64,000 nucleotides of DNA, from assembly GCA_943789165.1 (NCBI GenBank), contig CALSTB010000001.1, positions 209,113 through 273,112 on the forward strand. Reading direction: 5' to 3'. Under the pieces are notes generated by a model that saw only the letters and a list, made by a program, of their open reading frames with translations, was not told the DNA's origin and did no database searches. A program made the translations under genes and the position numbers. The DNA comes from an uncultured Bacteroidia bacterium (GTDB taxonomy: Bacteria; Bacteroidota; Bacteroidia; NS11-12g; UBA9320). Positions 10,528 to 19,050 of the stretch are shown piece by piece; within the stretch, counting starts at the first letter, position 1; every line of letters starts with the position of its first letter.

Positions 10528-10690
10528 CAACCGCTCATACACTTTCTTCAACATATAACTCTTCACTAGACCACCGAACTCCTTGTCGTCCATCATCTTC
10601 GTGAAGATATCTTGATTTTGTTCCATACGACCAATTAGTTTACCTATAAAGAGGTCTTTAAAACATATTATTGTGTATTAACTCTCAAAG
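10523..10690 (-). pseudogene. possible C-terminal remnant of a type I restriction enzyme R subunit (HsdR)
   Basis: The minus-strand translation ..DLFIGKLIGRMEQNQDIFTKMMDDKEFGGLVKSYMLKKVYERLN* resembles HsdR C-terminal tails. There is no upstream coding continuation. Recognition is by memory only. Confidence 0.3.
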
Positions 10691-10822
10691 AGAGAAGAAT
10701 CAGATGATAGGTCAAGATAAAAGTACGTTCAAGTCCTTTTGCTCATTGACGGCATAGTTCCTAATTTGAAGTAATTATCTTTATTTTTGATTGACAGATG
10801 CGACAAAACCAATATTTTTAAT

Positions 10823-11833
10823 ATGTTAAAGAACTGCCTTCAATTTTTGCTAATAATTTTTCTTTTTGGGTGTGGTAATAGCACAAGTAATAAGGAAATA
10901 GATATGAATTCACTTTCAATGAAGCTAGTGAAACAAGTTGACGGTAAAGTTCTTTATAGAGAAGAGCCATTTAGCGGGAAATTAGTTAAGTATGACTCTT
11001 TTGGGAATATAAAGTTTTCGAGTCTGTATGTTAATGGACTTAAAGAAGGGAAGACCATCTACCTTAATGAAGGGAAAATTACAATTGAGGTGGTTTTTGA
11101 TTCAGGAATGAGGGTTGGAAAGTATCTGGAATTTTACCCCAATCAAGACACAATGAGAGTGGGGTTTTATTCCAAGGGTAAGAAAGATAGCACTTGGACA
11201 CGATATTTTGAAGATGGTCAGATAGAAAGTATAATTAGATATACAAATGACTCCATGAACGGTAAATTCATTATTTACCATCAAAATGGTCACATTAAAA
11301 CCGAAGGCGAACATCTGGACGGGAAAGAGCACGGACGCTGGGATTTTTATGATAGTTTAGGTCGATGGACAAATGGAGGGAATTATGATAATGGAGTAAT
11401 AATTACACGGATTACGGAGGACCCTCCAAGAGCCATTCATAAGAAGGGCTCCGCTATTTTATCGGACACTTTTGATAATGGACAAATCAAACATACATAT
11501 CCCAGAAAAAACGAAAAACCTCATGGAGATTGGATTTGGCATTATGAAAATGGACAGGTGAGAAGAATTGTGCATTTTGAAAACGGAAAGGCTCAAGGCA
11601 AGGTGGAGCGTTTTTACGAAGACGGTTCGCTAAAAAACTTTGAAACAAGAATCGATGGAACCCGAGTAGGAGAGACCAAGTCTTTTTACACCTCAGGAAA
11701 GTTGGAATCCCAAGGTCAATACGAACCTAATGGTAAAAAAGACGGGACGTGGCTGTTTTACTCCGAGACAGGTGATTTGGTTAAGAAAATTGAATACCGA
11801 AAGGGGAAACTTATCAAAGAAGACGTCTTTTAA
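10823..11833 (+). CDS. MORN-repeat-variant lipoprotein (YwqK-like family)
   Basis: Lipobox LFGCGN followed by repeated G.K.G.W..Y..NG motifs. The ATG at 10823 is preferred. Confidence 0.7.
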   Translation: MLKNCLQFLLIIFLFGCGNSTSNKEIDMNSLSMKLVKQVDGKVLYREEPFSGKLVKYDSFGNIKFSSLYVNGLKEGKTIYLNEGKITIEVVFDSGMRVGKYLEFYPNQDTMRVGFYSKGKKDSTWTRYFEDGQIESIIRYTNDSMNGKFIIYHQNGHIKTEGEHLDGKEHGRWDFYDSLGRWTNGGNYDNGVIITRITEDPPRAIHKKGSAILSDTFDNGQIKHTYPRKNEKPHGDWIWHYENGQVRRIVHFENGKAQGKVERFYEDGSLKNFETRIDGTRVGETKSFYTSGKLESQGQYEPNGKKDGTWLFYSETGDLVKKIEYRKGKLIKEDVF

Positions 11834-11936
11834 TCGTAATTTCTCCTTGTGAAGATGAGTTACTTGTAAGTCTTCAAACTAATGTTCACCAGAGATAGTG
11901 AAAATTAAGTCATAAATTTAATCTTTGCAACAGGTC

Positions 11937-12120
11937 CAAAATGCGGACATATTGAGCCACGCACGAACGGGATAGAGTGAACCACTAAAAACGGGTAATA
12001 TTGAACTATGTAATCCGTATAAGAGTGACTCACTCCCTTACATAGAAGCGATTTTAACCTTCTGTTTTACACGGCTCACTTTTATCCGGAATGGGTGGTT
12101 AACTTTACCCGATATTTCCA
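11937..12120 (+). repeat. 184-bp direct repeat copy 1, with iterated ..TGAACC/TGAGCC.. motifs (partner 17392..17574)
   Basis: Near-identical to 17392-17574. It contains 5-6 spaced motifs: atattgagccac, agagtgaaccac, atattgaactat, agagtgactcac, acacggctcac. Confidence 0.9.
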
Positions 12121-12179
12121 AGCATGAACTCTCTCTTAGTTTTTAACTCAAAAAGTTCAACTTTCGCTGAAGACGTACA
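12121..12179 (+). mobile_element. solo IRR remnant of the IS3-family type 2 element, inverted relative to 10465..10527
   Basis: Reverse complement of the IS right end (agcatgaactctctcttag...gaagacgtaca). It is closest to the 27170 copy. Confidence 0.9.
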
Positions 12180-12266
12180 AAAAGTACATTTAACTATTTG
12201 GATAGTTGTATTATTTAATTTTTTTTATTTAATTTAACATTTATATAACATAATTAAATATTTTCT

Positions 12267-12899
12267 ATGAATGAATTTGAATTACGTGACGCTCTCAATG
12301 GGCGTAACAAAGAACAACAAAGTATAATTAAGTATTTTTATGGTTCTGGTGGATGCCTTTCTAAAGGATTAAAAGACGAGGAGTATGAAGCTCTTGTTAT
12401 GAAACGTGTAAAAGCTGTTGATTGGAAAGCAAAAGCTCTTAACAAAATTGGATTAGATGAATCTGAGGTAAATGAAATTGAACCTGTTCATTTTCAGAAC
12501 TATGTAATCAATGAAAAAAGTAAATTAGTTAGAAGAGGAAAAGACAATGTATGGAGAAGTTCTCAATATCAAATTTCATATATTCTATTCTCATCTACCC
12601 AACTGTATGTTTATCAGTATACATTTAGTATGGATTCGGGTGAAAAGAAAGAAAGAACAGAAGAATATTTCTATAAAGACATTACTAATTTTTCTTCCAC
12701 AACTGATACTGTTGAAAAAGAAGTTGTAGAAAAAGTAAATTGCCAAGGTAAATCAACGTATAAACGTACACAAGTTGAAACAAGTGATTTTGCTATAATT
12801 GTACCTGGTGATAAGTTCTATTGTGCAATGGAAGCAAACGATTATTCCGAAAAAGCTATTCAGGGTATGAAAGCTAAGTTAAGAGAAAAAAAGAGTTAA
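12267..12899 (+). CDS. hypothetical cytoplasmic protein, gene 1 of the five-gene operon (possible PH-like fold)
   Basis: 210-aa ORF with no TM segments and no family I can name. It is tightly linked to the downstream genes. Confidence 0.6.
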   Translation: MNEFELRDALNGRNKEQQSIIKYFYGSGGCLSKGLKDEEYEALVMKRVKAVDWKAKALNKIGLDESEVNEIEPVHFQNYVINEKSKLVRRGKDNVWRSSQYQISYILFSSTQLYVYQYTFSMDSGEKKERTEEYFYKDITNFSSTTDTVEKEVVEKVNCQGKSTYKRTQVETSDFAIIVPGDKFYCAMEANDYSEKAIQGMKAKLREKKS

Positions 12900-12914
12900 T
12901 AGATAATTAAATTA

Positions 12915-13448
12915 ATGTTCAATTTAAAATCATTCCAATTGGTTTGGCATTCTTCAATAATAGAAGAAATGCCAAACCAAATTGAACAGGATATCTCAGA
13001 AGCTTATGTGTGCTATAGGGAAATTAATAGACCGAAATTGACAATTGGTAAAGTAATTATTTCTTTTGTATTTGTATTATGTTTAATATTAATTACGACC
13101 TATATTACTATACATTCATTTGAAACATTGAATTTAAACTTAATATTACCAACAAAATTACTAAGTTTTAAGCTCAAATATCCATCATTATTTTTCTGTC
13201 TTATCTATTTCTCTTTACTTACAATCATTACAATCATTTATTTGAAGGAAATTCTTATAATTCCAATAATTCTATATCAAAGATATGCAGATGAGGATAT
13301 TAGAAGAAGATGTTTATTTAAACCAACTTGTTCGGAATATACAATCCTAGCTTTACGAAAATACGGTGTTATAATTGGTCTTTATAAAGCTTATGTACGT
13401 ATTTTTAAAAAATGTATTGGCAATATATACCGTATTGATTTTCCTTAA
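12915..13448 (+). CDS. membrane protein with C-terminal YidD-like domain
   Basis: Three or four TM helices, then ILYQRY..RRRCLFKPTCSEYTILALRKYGVIIGLYKAYVRIFKKC. This matches the YidD signature (C.F.PTCS.Y...A....G...G.....RI..C). Confidence 0.7.
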   Translation: MFNLKSFQLVWHSSIIEEMPNQIEQDISEAYVCYREINRPKLTIGKVIISFVFVLCLILITTYITIHSFETLNLNLILPTKLLSFKLKYPSLFFCLIYFSLLTIITIIYLKEILIIPIILYQRYADEDIRRRCLFKPTCSEYTILALRKYGVIIGLYKAYVRIFKKCIGNIYRIDFP

Positions 13449-13475
13449 AATATTGAACTTTAAATTAAAAAAATC

Positions 13476-14570
13476 ATGGGAATATTCAATAAGAATCAAA
13501 ATGAGTCTGCTTTTACAGGTGGAAAAAAAAATTGGTCAGATGTTATTAAAAATAGTGGTTCAGGTGAACTTTTAATTTGGCGACAACCAGAAGAGGATTT
13601 TAATACAAATTCCACTCTTATTGTAATGCCGGGTGAAGAAGCAATTTTTATAAAAGGTGGTACTGTTGAACAAACATTTGACAATGGTACATATAAACTT
13701 TCGACTGAAAATTATCCTTTTATTAGCAGATTAAGAAATGTATTTACAGGTGGGGTAAGTACGTTTAATTGTGTGGTTTATTTTGTTCGTAAAGCTCATT
13801 CCCAAGAAATTTTGTGGGGAACAGATTCACCAATTCAAGTACGTGATAAAATGCTTGGTGTTGCAACTAAACTAAGGGCAAGAGGAACATATAAAGTACA
13901 GATTAACAACTCAATTAAATTCCTTGAAAAACTGATTGGTAATAATGTTCCTTTTCAATTACAAGATGAACTTAACAAATATTTTGTTAATGAATTTCAA
14001 AGCAAAATCAAATCAAATATTACAAGAGCTGCAAATGAGTCAACACAAGAACTCTTAGGAATTGAGGCTAGATTAGATGAGTTTTCGGATGAAATAAGTC
14101 CGTTTATGCAGGAAACACTTGATTATTATGGTCTGAAATTAATTAAATTTACAATCGCAGCCATAAATATTGACGATGATGAACTAAGAAAGAAGTATGA
14201 TGAAATCGGTATAGATGCTATTCAAAAAATGAAAAATGCACAAGCAGACAAATCTGTCATGGGTATTCTTGGAGATGATTGGGCAAAACAACAACAAATT
14301 GATATATTAAAAGGAATTGCAAATAATGAAGGTGGTGGTGGTATTGCTTCTGCTGGTGCTGGTTTAGGTATGGGACTAGCCGCTGGTGGTGTATTTGGAA
14401 ATATGTCTCAAGAAACATTTAATCCACAACAATCTGAACAGCCAATTTCCCAAAACTCAAATGATAATCCTGTTGAAAAAATCAAACAACTCAAAGAGAT
14501 GTTAGATTTAGATGTAATTACTCAGGAGGAGTTTGATGCTAAGAAAAAGGAAATATTAAGTAAAATGTAA
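13476..14570 (+). CDS. SPFH/Band-7 (YdjI / COG4260-like) protein with Gly-rich linker and C-terminal SHOCT domain
   Basis: The N-terminus (LIWRQPEEDFNTNSTLIVMPGEEAIFIKGG...) resembles YdjI-type SPFH proteins. The C-terminus (IKQLKEMLDLDVITQEEFDAKKKEIL) matches the SHOCT motif. Confidence 0.7.
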   Translation: MGIFNKNQNESAFTGGKKNWSDVIKNSGSGELLIWRQPEEDFNTNSTLIVMPGEEAIFIKGGTVEQTFDNGTYKLSTENYPFISRLRNVFTGGVSTFNCVVYFVRKAHSQEILWGTDSPIQVRDKMLGVATKLRARGTYKVQINNSIKFLEKLIGNNVPFQLQDELNKYFVNEFQSKIKSNITRAANESTQELLGIEARLDEFSDEISPFMQETLDYYGLKLIKFTIAAINIDDDELRKKYDEIGIDAIQKMKNAQADKSVMGILGDDWAKQQQIDILKGIANNEGGGGIASAGAGLGMGLAAGGVFGNMSQETFNPQQSEQPISQNSNDNPVEKIKQLKEMLDLDVITQEEFDAKKKEILSKM

Positions 14571-14585
14571 TTTAGGTTATTGATT

Positions 14586-15266
14586 ATGAAAAAAAACAAA
14601 ATACTTTGGTACATATTAAACTCAATCTTTTTGATTGTTTTTAATCTTTATTTTTTCTTACTTAAAGGTACAGACCATATAACCTCAGTTTGGATTTCTT
14701 ATGGTTCAATTCATTTCGCATATTTTATGCTTTTAAGCACTCCCTTTTTAATTCGAAAAAGTAGTGTTTCTGTTGATTATGGAAGACCTTTATTCATAAT
14801 AACCACAATTTATTTTTTTTTTGCTTTTGTAGTAGGTGTTTCATTTATTATAATGTCACCTGAAAGTAACACATTAACAATACTTGTTCAAGTAACAATA
14901 ACTGCCGTTTTTGGAATTACACTATTAGTAAATTTAATTGCCAACGAACATACAGCAGTAAATGTTGAGAAAAGAGAAGATGAACTAAAGTATGTCAAGG
15001 AAGCATCGTCAAAATTAAACTCACTTATTAATCAGTTGGTGGACAAAAGACTTCAAAAGTTAGTTGAAAAAGCCTATGATTTAGTTCATAGTAGTCAAGT
15101 TAAATCTGCAAAAGAGGTTCAATCAATCGAACAAGATGTATTTAAAGAAATCTCAGAATTAGCTGAATTGATTAAAAACAAGAACTTTGACAATATTGAA
15201 GAAGTAGTAAATAATATTTGCAATTTGGCAGAGGAGAGAAACAGTAAATTAAAACTTCTAAACTAA
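14586..15266 (+). CDS. polytopic membrane protein with C-terminal coiled-coil domain
   Basis: Four or five hydrophobic helices, then a charged helical tail (EKREDELKYVKEASSKLNSLINQL...). Confidence 0.6.
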   Translation: MKKNKILWYILNSIFLIVFNLYFFLLKGTDHITSVWISYGSIHFAYFMLLSTPFLIRKSSVSVDYGRPLFIITTIYFFFAFVVGVSFIIMSPESNTLTILVQVTITAVFGITLLVNLIANEHTAVNVEKREDELKYVKEASSKLNSLINQLVDKRLQKLVEKAYDLVHSSQVKSAKEVQSIEQDVFKEISELAELIKNKNFDNIEEVVNNICNLAEERNSKLKLLN

Positions 15267-15270
15267 AACT

Positions 15271-15864
15271 ATGGTTCAAGAAATAGTAGAATTAACTTGT
15301 CCTGGTTGTGGTGACAGAGTTACAACTGGACAAACGGAATGTAAATTTTGTCATAAACCGATAGTAATATCAACTTTTAATAGTGTGTATTCAATGCCAA
15401 TACAAGAGGTTAATAAATATGCAAATGAATACAGAAAAGCCCTCTCTGACAACCCTAACAACAAAGATTTAAATAATTCGATTGCAATGTGTTATTTAAA
15501 ACTGAAATTGTATGATAAAGCACTAACTGCTTTTGAAAAAGCAGTTGAAGATAATTTTGATAATTCGGAAACATTTTTTTATGCATCAATATGTTTGTTA
15601 CAAGGCAAAAAAGCATTCCTTACAAAACGCCCGATAATTGATAAAATTGAAGAATATCTTAATGCGGCCTTGATGATTGAACCCAAAGGAATTTATTATT
15701 ACTTCTGGTCTTATATTAAATATGACTATTTTAATCGAAAATTTTTCAAAACAAATCCGACTTTTGATGAAGTTTTAAAGATGTCAATTGACAATGGGGT
15801 ATCAGAGTTAGATAAAGAACAACTTTTCTCAATTTTAAATGTACCTAAACCTGACTGTATTTAA
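15271..15864 (+). CDS. zinc-ribbon protein with TPR-like helical repeats
   Basis: N-terminal CPGCG..x11..CKFCH zinc ribbon, followed by TPR-like segments (NNSIAMCYLKLKLYDKALTAFEKAV). Confidence 0.6.
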   Translation: MVQEIVELTCPGCGDRVTTGQTECKFCHKPIVISTFNSVYSMPIQEVNKYANEYRKALSDNPNNKDLNNSIAMCYLKLKLYDKALTAFEKAVEDNFDNSETFFYASICLLQGKKAFLTKRPIIDKIEEYLNAALMIEPKGIYYYFWSYIKYDYFNRKFFKTNPTFDEVLKMSIDNGVSELDKEQLFSILNVPKPDCI

Positions 15865-15910
15865 TTAAAAATAGACTAAAGCTTAATAGTAAAACAAGTC
15901 CATTGAAATA

Positions 15911-15939
15911 AAAAACCATTTACGACCTGGTTTTGTTTT
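15911..15939 (+). terminator. intrinsic terminator of the five-gene operon
   Basis: Hairpin aaaaacca-tttacgac-ctggtttt followed by a T-rich run. Confidence 0.55.
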
Positions 15940-16000
15940 AATTTATTTTATATCCTAAAATTAAAACATTATCTTTGATTTATAATTAAAGATTAATGCT

Positions 16001-16627
16001 ATGAACTTCTATTACTCCAGAATCTCCAACATATCTCAGTCAGCATCGAGACAATATCATAATTTTAAAAATATTGAAGGTTTTGATTCAAATAATTTAT
16101 TTGTAGATAAAGTACAAGGTAATGTTCCATTTCTGGAACGAGTGGAGGCTGCAAAGTTATTTGATACCGTAACAGCGACTAATGGTAAGCATACTATTGT
16201 AGTGGATTCAATTGATAGACTAGGTCGCTCATTAGTAGATATATTGAATACCATCGAATTATTTAATAAAAACAGTATTAACCTTAAATCATTAAAAGAA
16301 GGATTTGAGACTTTGTTACCTAATGGTGATGAGAACCCTATTGCAAAAGTTGTTTGTTCAGTGATGGGGAGTATTGGTGAAATGGAACGTAACCGAATCA
16401 AGCAAAGAACTGCTGAGGGTATTGCTATTGCTAAGGCTAAAGGTAAATACAAAGGTCGTAAGGTTGGTTCTAGTCAATCTAATGATAAACTACTTGAAAG
16501 ACACAAAGTGGTAGTGACTAAGCTTAAAAAAGGTCTTACGGTTAGAGAAATAAATTCAATGACTGGTAAGAGTAGTGCTACCATCATAAAGGTGAAAAAG
16601 GTACTTGAGCAAAAAGGAGAGCTATAA
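16001..16627 (+). CDS. small serine recombinase (resolvase/invertase family) with C-terminal HTH
   Basis: YYSRISNISQ catalytic-Ser region, DSIDRLGRS, GEMERNRIKQRTAEG, and a C-terminal HTH (GLTVREINSMTGKSSATI). Confidence 0.8.
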   Translation: MNFYYSRISNISQSASRQYHNFKNIEGFDSNNLFVDKVQGNVPFLERVEAAKLFDTVTATNGKHTIVVDSIDRLGRSLVDILNTIELFNKNSINLKSLKEGFETLLPNGDENPIAKVVCSVMGSIGEMERNRIKQRTAEGIAIAKAKGKYKGRKVGSSQSNDKLLERHKVVVTKLKKGLTVREINSMTGKSSATIIKVKKVLEQKGEL

Positions 16628-16628
16628 A

Positions 16629-16655
16629 AAAAGCCATCGGTGAGGATGGCTTTCT
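16629..16655 (+). terminator. hairpin terminator after the resolvase gene
   Basis: The stem is aaagccatc-ggtgag-gatggcttt. The T-tract is weak. Confidence 0.45.
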
Positions 16656-16703
16656 ATATTGAGTAAGTTTTTAACCTTATTCGATAACTAATTTGTAACT
16701 GTT

Positions 16704-17072
16704 GTGTATACCGTCAGCAATCATGAAAAGGCATTGATAGAAGTGATAAAGTACGGTAGTAAAATATTCACTGAGCCAGACTTAAAGAAAACCAGAACGG
16801 GAAATGAAAAGATATATGCTAAAGCTCTTCATAATATTTTGCAAGCAATGAAGGGCAGGCGCATTTTTGACCGAGTAGGATTTGATTTATCCAAACAACA
16901 TAAACCAGACAAACCAGATATTAAACTAGCGACAGAATACGAACGCTGGACTTTTGAAACAAGTAGAGGTAATTGGATTAACAACAAGACTAAAAAACCC
17001 CTAACGGGATATGCTGCACGTTTTGAGTTATTAGAGATGCTGGCGTTTCATGTTGACGATGAACTGAGTTAG
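16704..17072 (+). CDS. hypothetical protein, probably 5'-truncated (its first codons are an IS terminal scar)
   Basis: 122-aa ORF starting on GTG. Positions 16705-16720 (tgtataccgtcagcaa) equal the IRL tip of the type 2 IS. Confidence 0.4.
   Translation: MYTVSNHEKALIEVIKYGSKIFTEPDLKKTRTGNEKIYAKALHNILQAMKGRRIFDRVGFDLSKQHKPDKPDIKLATEYERWTFETSRGNWINNKTKKPLTGYAARFELLEMLAFHVDDELS
16705..16720 (+). mobile_element. 16-nt IRL tip scar of the IS3-family type 2 element
   Basis: Exact match to the left-end tip seen (as reverse complement) at 28637-28652 and 51797-51812. Confidence 0.6.
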
Positions 17073-17083
17073 ACTATGCAAAA

Positions 17084-17109
17084 AGGCAAGAATAAACTTG
17101 CCTCTTTTT
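17084..17109 (+). terminator. intrinsic terminator
   Basis: Stem aggcaag-aataaa-cttgcct followed by cttttt. Confidence 0.55.
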
Positions 17110-17391
17110 AATTAACATACCTGCTCATATGATAAAGCAATTCAAACATACGCAAAGACACCACTTTAGATAATTAATCCCTCCGTGGGTGCCTAAATAT
17201 ACTCCCAACGTCAAGTTACATCATGTAAGGGGGGTAGTAAAAACTTTTATTATTTAGTCTATTGAAACCAAGCGATACACTTTATCTTTTGTTGTCAAGT
17301 TTTGAAATAGAGCGGTAGGGGGCTATCTCAGACGTTTGAGGGATATCATCAGAAACGCAGTAATCTGATTTTTACACAAGTGCAACTTGTG

Positions 17392-17574
17392 CAAAATGCG
17401 GACATATTGAACCACGCACAACGGGATAAAGTGAACCACTAAAAACGGGTAATATTGAACTATGTAATCCGTATAAGAGTGACTCACTCCCTTACATAGA
17501 AGCGATTTTAGGCAACTGTTTTACACGGCTCACTTTAATCCGATATGGGTGGCTAACTTTACCCGATATTTCCA
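17392..17574 (+). repeat. 184-bp direct repeat copy 2 (partner 11937..12120)
   Basis: Same orientation as copy 1, with a few substitutions and a 1-bp indel. Confidence 0.9.
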
Positions 17575-17908
17575 GTATAGAAAGCAATTAAAGAAGCAAT
17601 TACCTCAACTGATAGAAAAATGGGAAAAGGTAATTGGGGTGAAATGCAATGATTGGGGAGTAAAGCAAATGAAAACCAAATGGGGTGCTTGTAACACCGA
17701 TGATAAACGAATTTGGCTAAACCTTGAATTAGCTAAGAAACCAATTCTTTGTTTAGAGTATATCTTAGTCCATGAGTTGGTCCATCTGCATGAGCGAAAC
17801 CACAATGATAGGTTCATTGCCTTAATGGATAAGTTCATGCCCAAATGGAGGTTGCACAGAGATGAATTAAATAGTTTACCCATCGTTCATAACGATTGGG
17901 GGTATTAA
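17549..17908 (+). pseudogene. DUF45/YgjP-like (M48-type HExxH) metal-dependent hydrolase, C-terminal half only
   Basis: WGVKQMKTKWGACN, HELVHLHERNH and FMPKWR are motifs of the type I R-M-associated DUF45 family. The N-terminal ~110 aa are absent, and the track start lies inside the 184-bp repeat. Confidence 0.65.
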
Positions 17909-18096
17909 AGCTAGTGCAAGTTCAAGCACATTGCTGTCCTCCTTCGCGCGGTTGCAAAGAGCTTTCACTCCAACGCTAAAAAGGAAATGAATAAATAAAA
18001 CGGTGCACACCAATTTGAATACACTATTTCACTTTTCAAAATATAGGGATTATCAAGTCCTCTATTTGAACAAAGACAAAAAATATTATATATAAC

Positions 18097-18549
18097 ATGC
18101 CGATTTACATACATTTAGCGAACATGATTGTTGACAAAAAAATTGTCGACAAAAAGTATGATGGTGGTTGTAATCAGTTTCGAATTGATTGGGATATTGA
18201 AGTTGGAGAACATAATCAAGAGGATGATGAACTATTTGGCGTCGCAAGAATGAATGCTGATGAATTTGACATAGAAAAGCTAATTCAAGGAGGTTTGGAG
18301 TATAATGAAGATACAGAAAACTCTAATGATTTTGTAATAATCACAAGGTATGATGGAGCGCTTTGGCAAACTGACTGGCTTGATAATAATGGGATTTTTG
18401 CATGGCATTCAAATTGTCGTCAGGAACAAAAAGAAAGAGCCGCACAGATTGGAGTAATGACAATGCAAGAAGTTATTGAGTTAGGTGAAAAGGGAGTCAA
18501 TGTATTCGAAACAATAAAAACAGGAACCAACAAGACTAAACTGAATTAA
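18097..18549 (+). CDS. hypothetical acidic protein
   Basis: 150-aa ORF with no recognisable family. Confidence 0.45.
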   Translation: MPIYIHLANMIVDKKIVDKKYDGGCNQFRIDWDIEVGEHNQEDDELFGVARMNADEFDIEKLIQGGLEYNEDTENSNDFVIITRYDGALWQTDWLDNNGIFAWHSNCRQEQKERAAQIGVMTMQEVIELGEKGVNVFETIKTGTNKTKLN

Positions 18550-19013
18550 TACCCAGTCTAGTCAAACCGTTAATTTAATTGGCTATTAAATAAACTCATT
18601 GATAAAAAATTAATTGAATGGATAAAACACGGTGTATACCGGGAGACTTAGGGTTACCTCTGAGGCAATTTTACCTCCCTGACAAACTATGGCCATAGAG
18701 TACACCAAATTCATTGATTAACAGCTATTTGGATATTACTGTCACCGAAACGTTGGGTTATAGGCTGTTTTGCAATGCCCACCTCAAATAGGAAAGTGAT
18801 ATTTATAAGGGTTGGGGGGGTCGTTAAAGCTGAAAAATAATCTGACTTTTTTGGCTTTTACTGACACCCTATCTGCGACACACTGCTATTTTAGCTCCCA
18901 TATGTAACTTATTTACACCCGTAAACGATGACCAGTTTAAAAGTTGCCAAGTCGCTAAGGTTGTAATGTGGTCAAATCTTTGTTAACCGATACCTAAAAC
19001 GATACCCTAATGC

Positions 19014-19050
19014 ACAAAAAAGCCTTGACTAAGTTAATAGTCAAGGCTTT
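19014..19050 (-). terminator. intrinsic terminator downstream of tRNA-Glu (left copy)
   Basis: On the minus strand: aaagccttgacta-ttaac-ttagtcaaggcttt followed by a T run. Confidence 0.75.

Noticed and set aside
12547-13684. Short overlapping ORFs inside the five-gene operon (12547..12729, 13375..13575, 13496..13684)
   Set aside because: They are embedded in or antisense to longer ORFs that have recognisable domains. In AT-rich sequence such ORFs arise readily from the sparse occurrence of stop codons in some frames.
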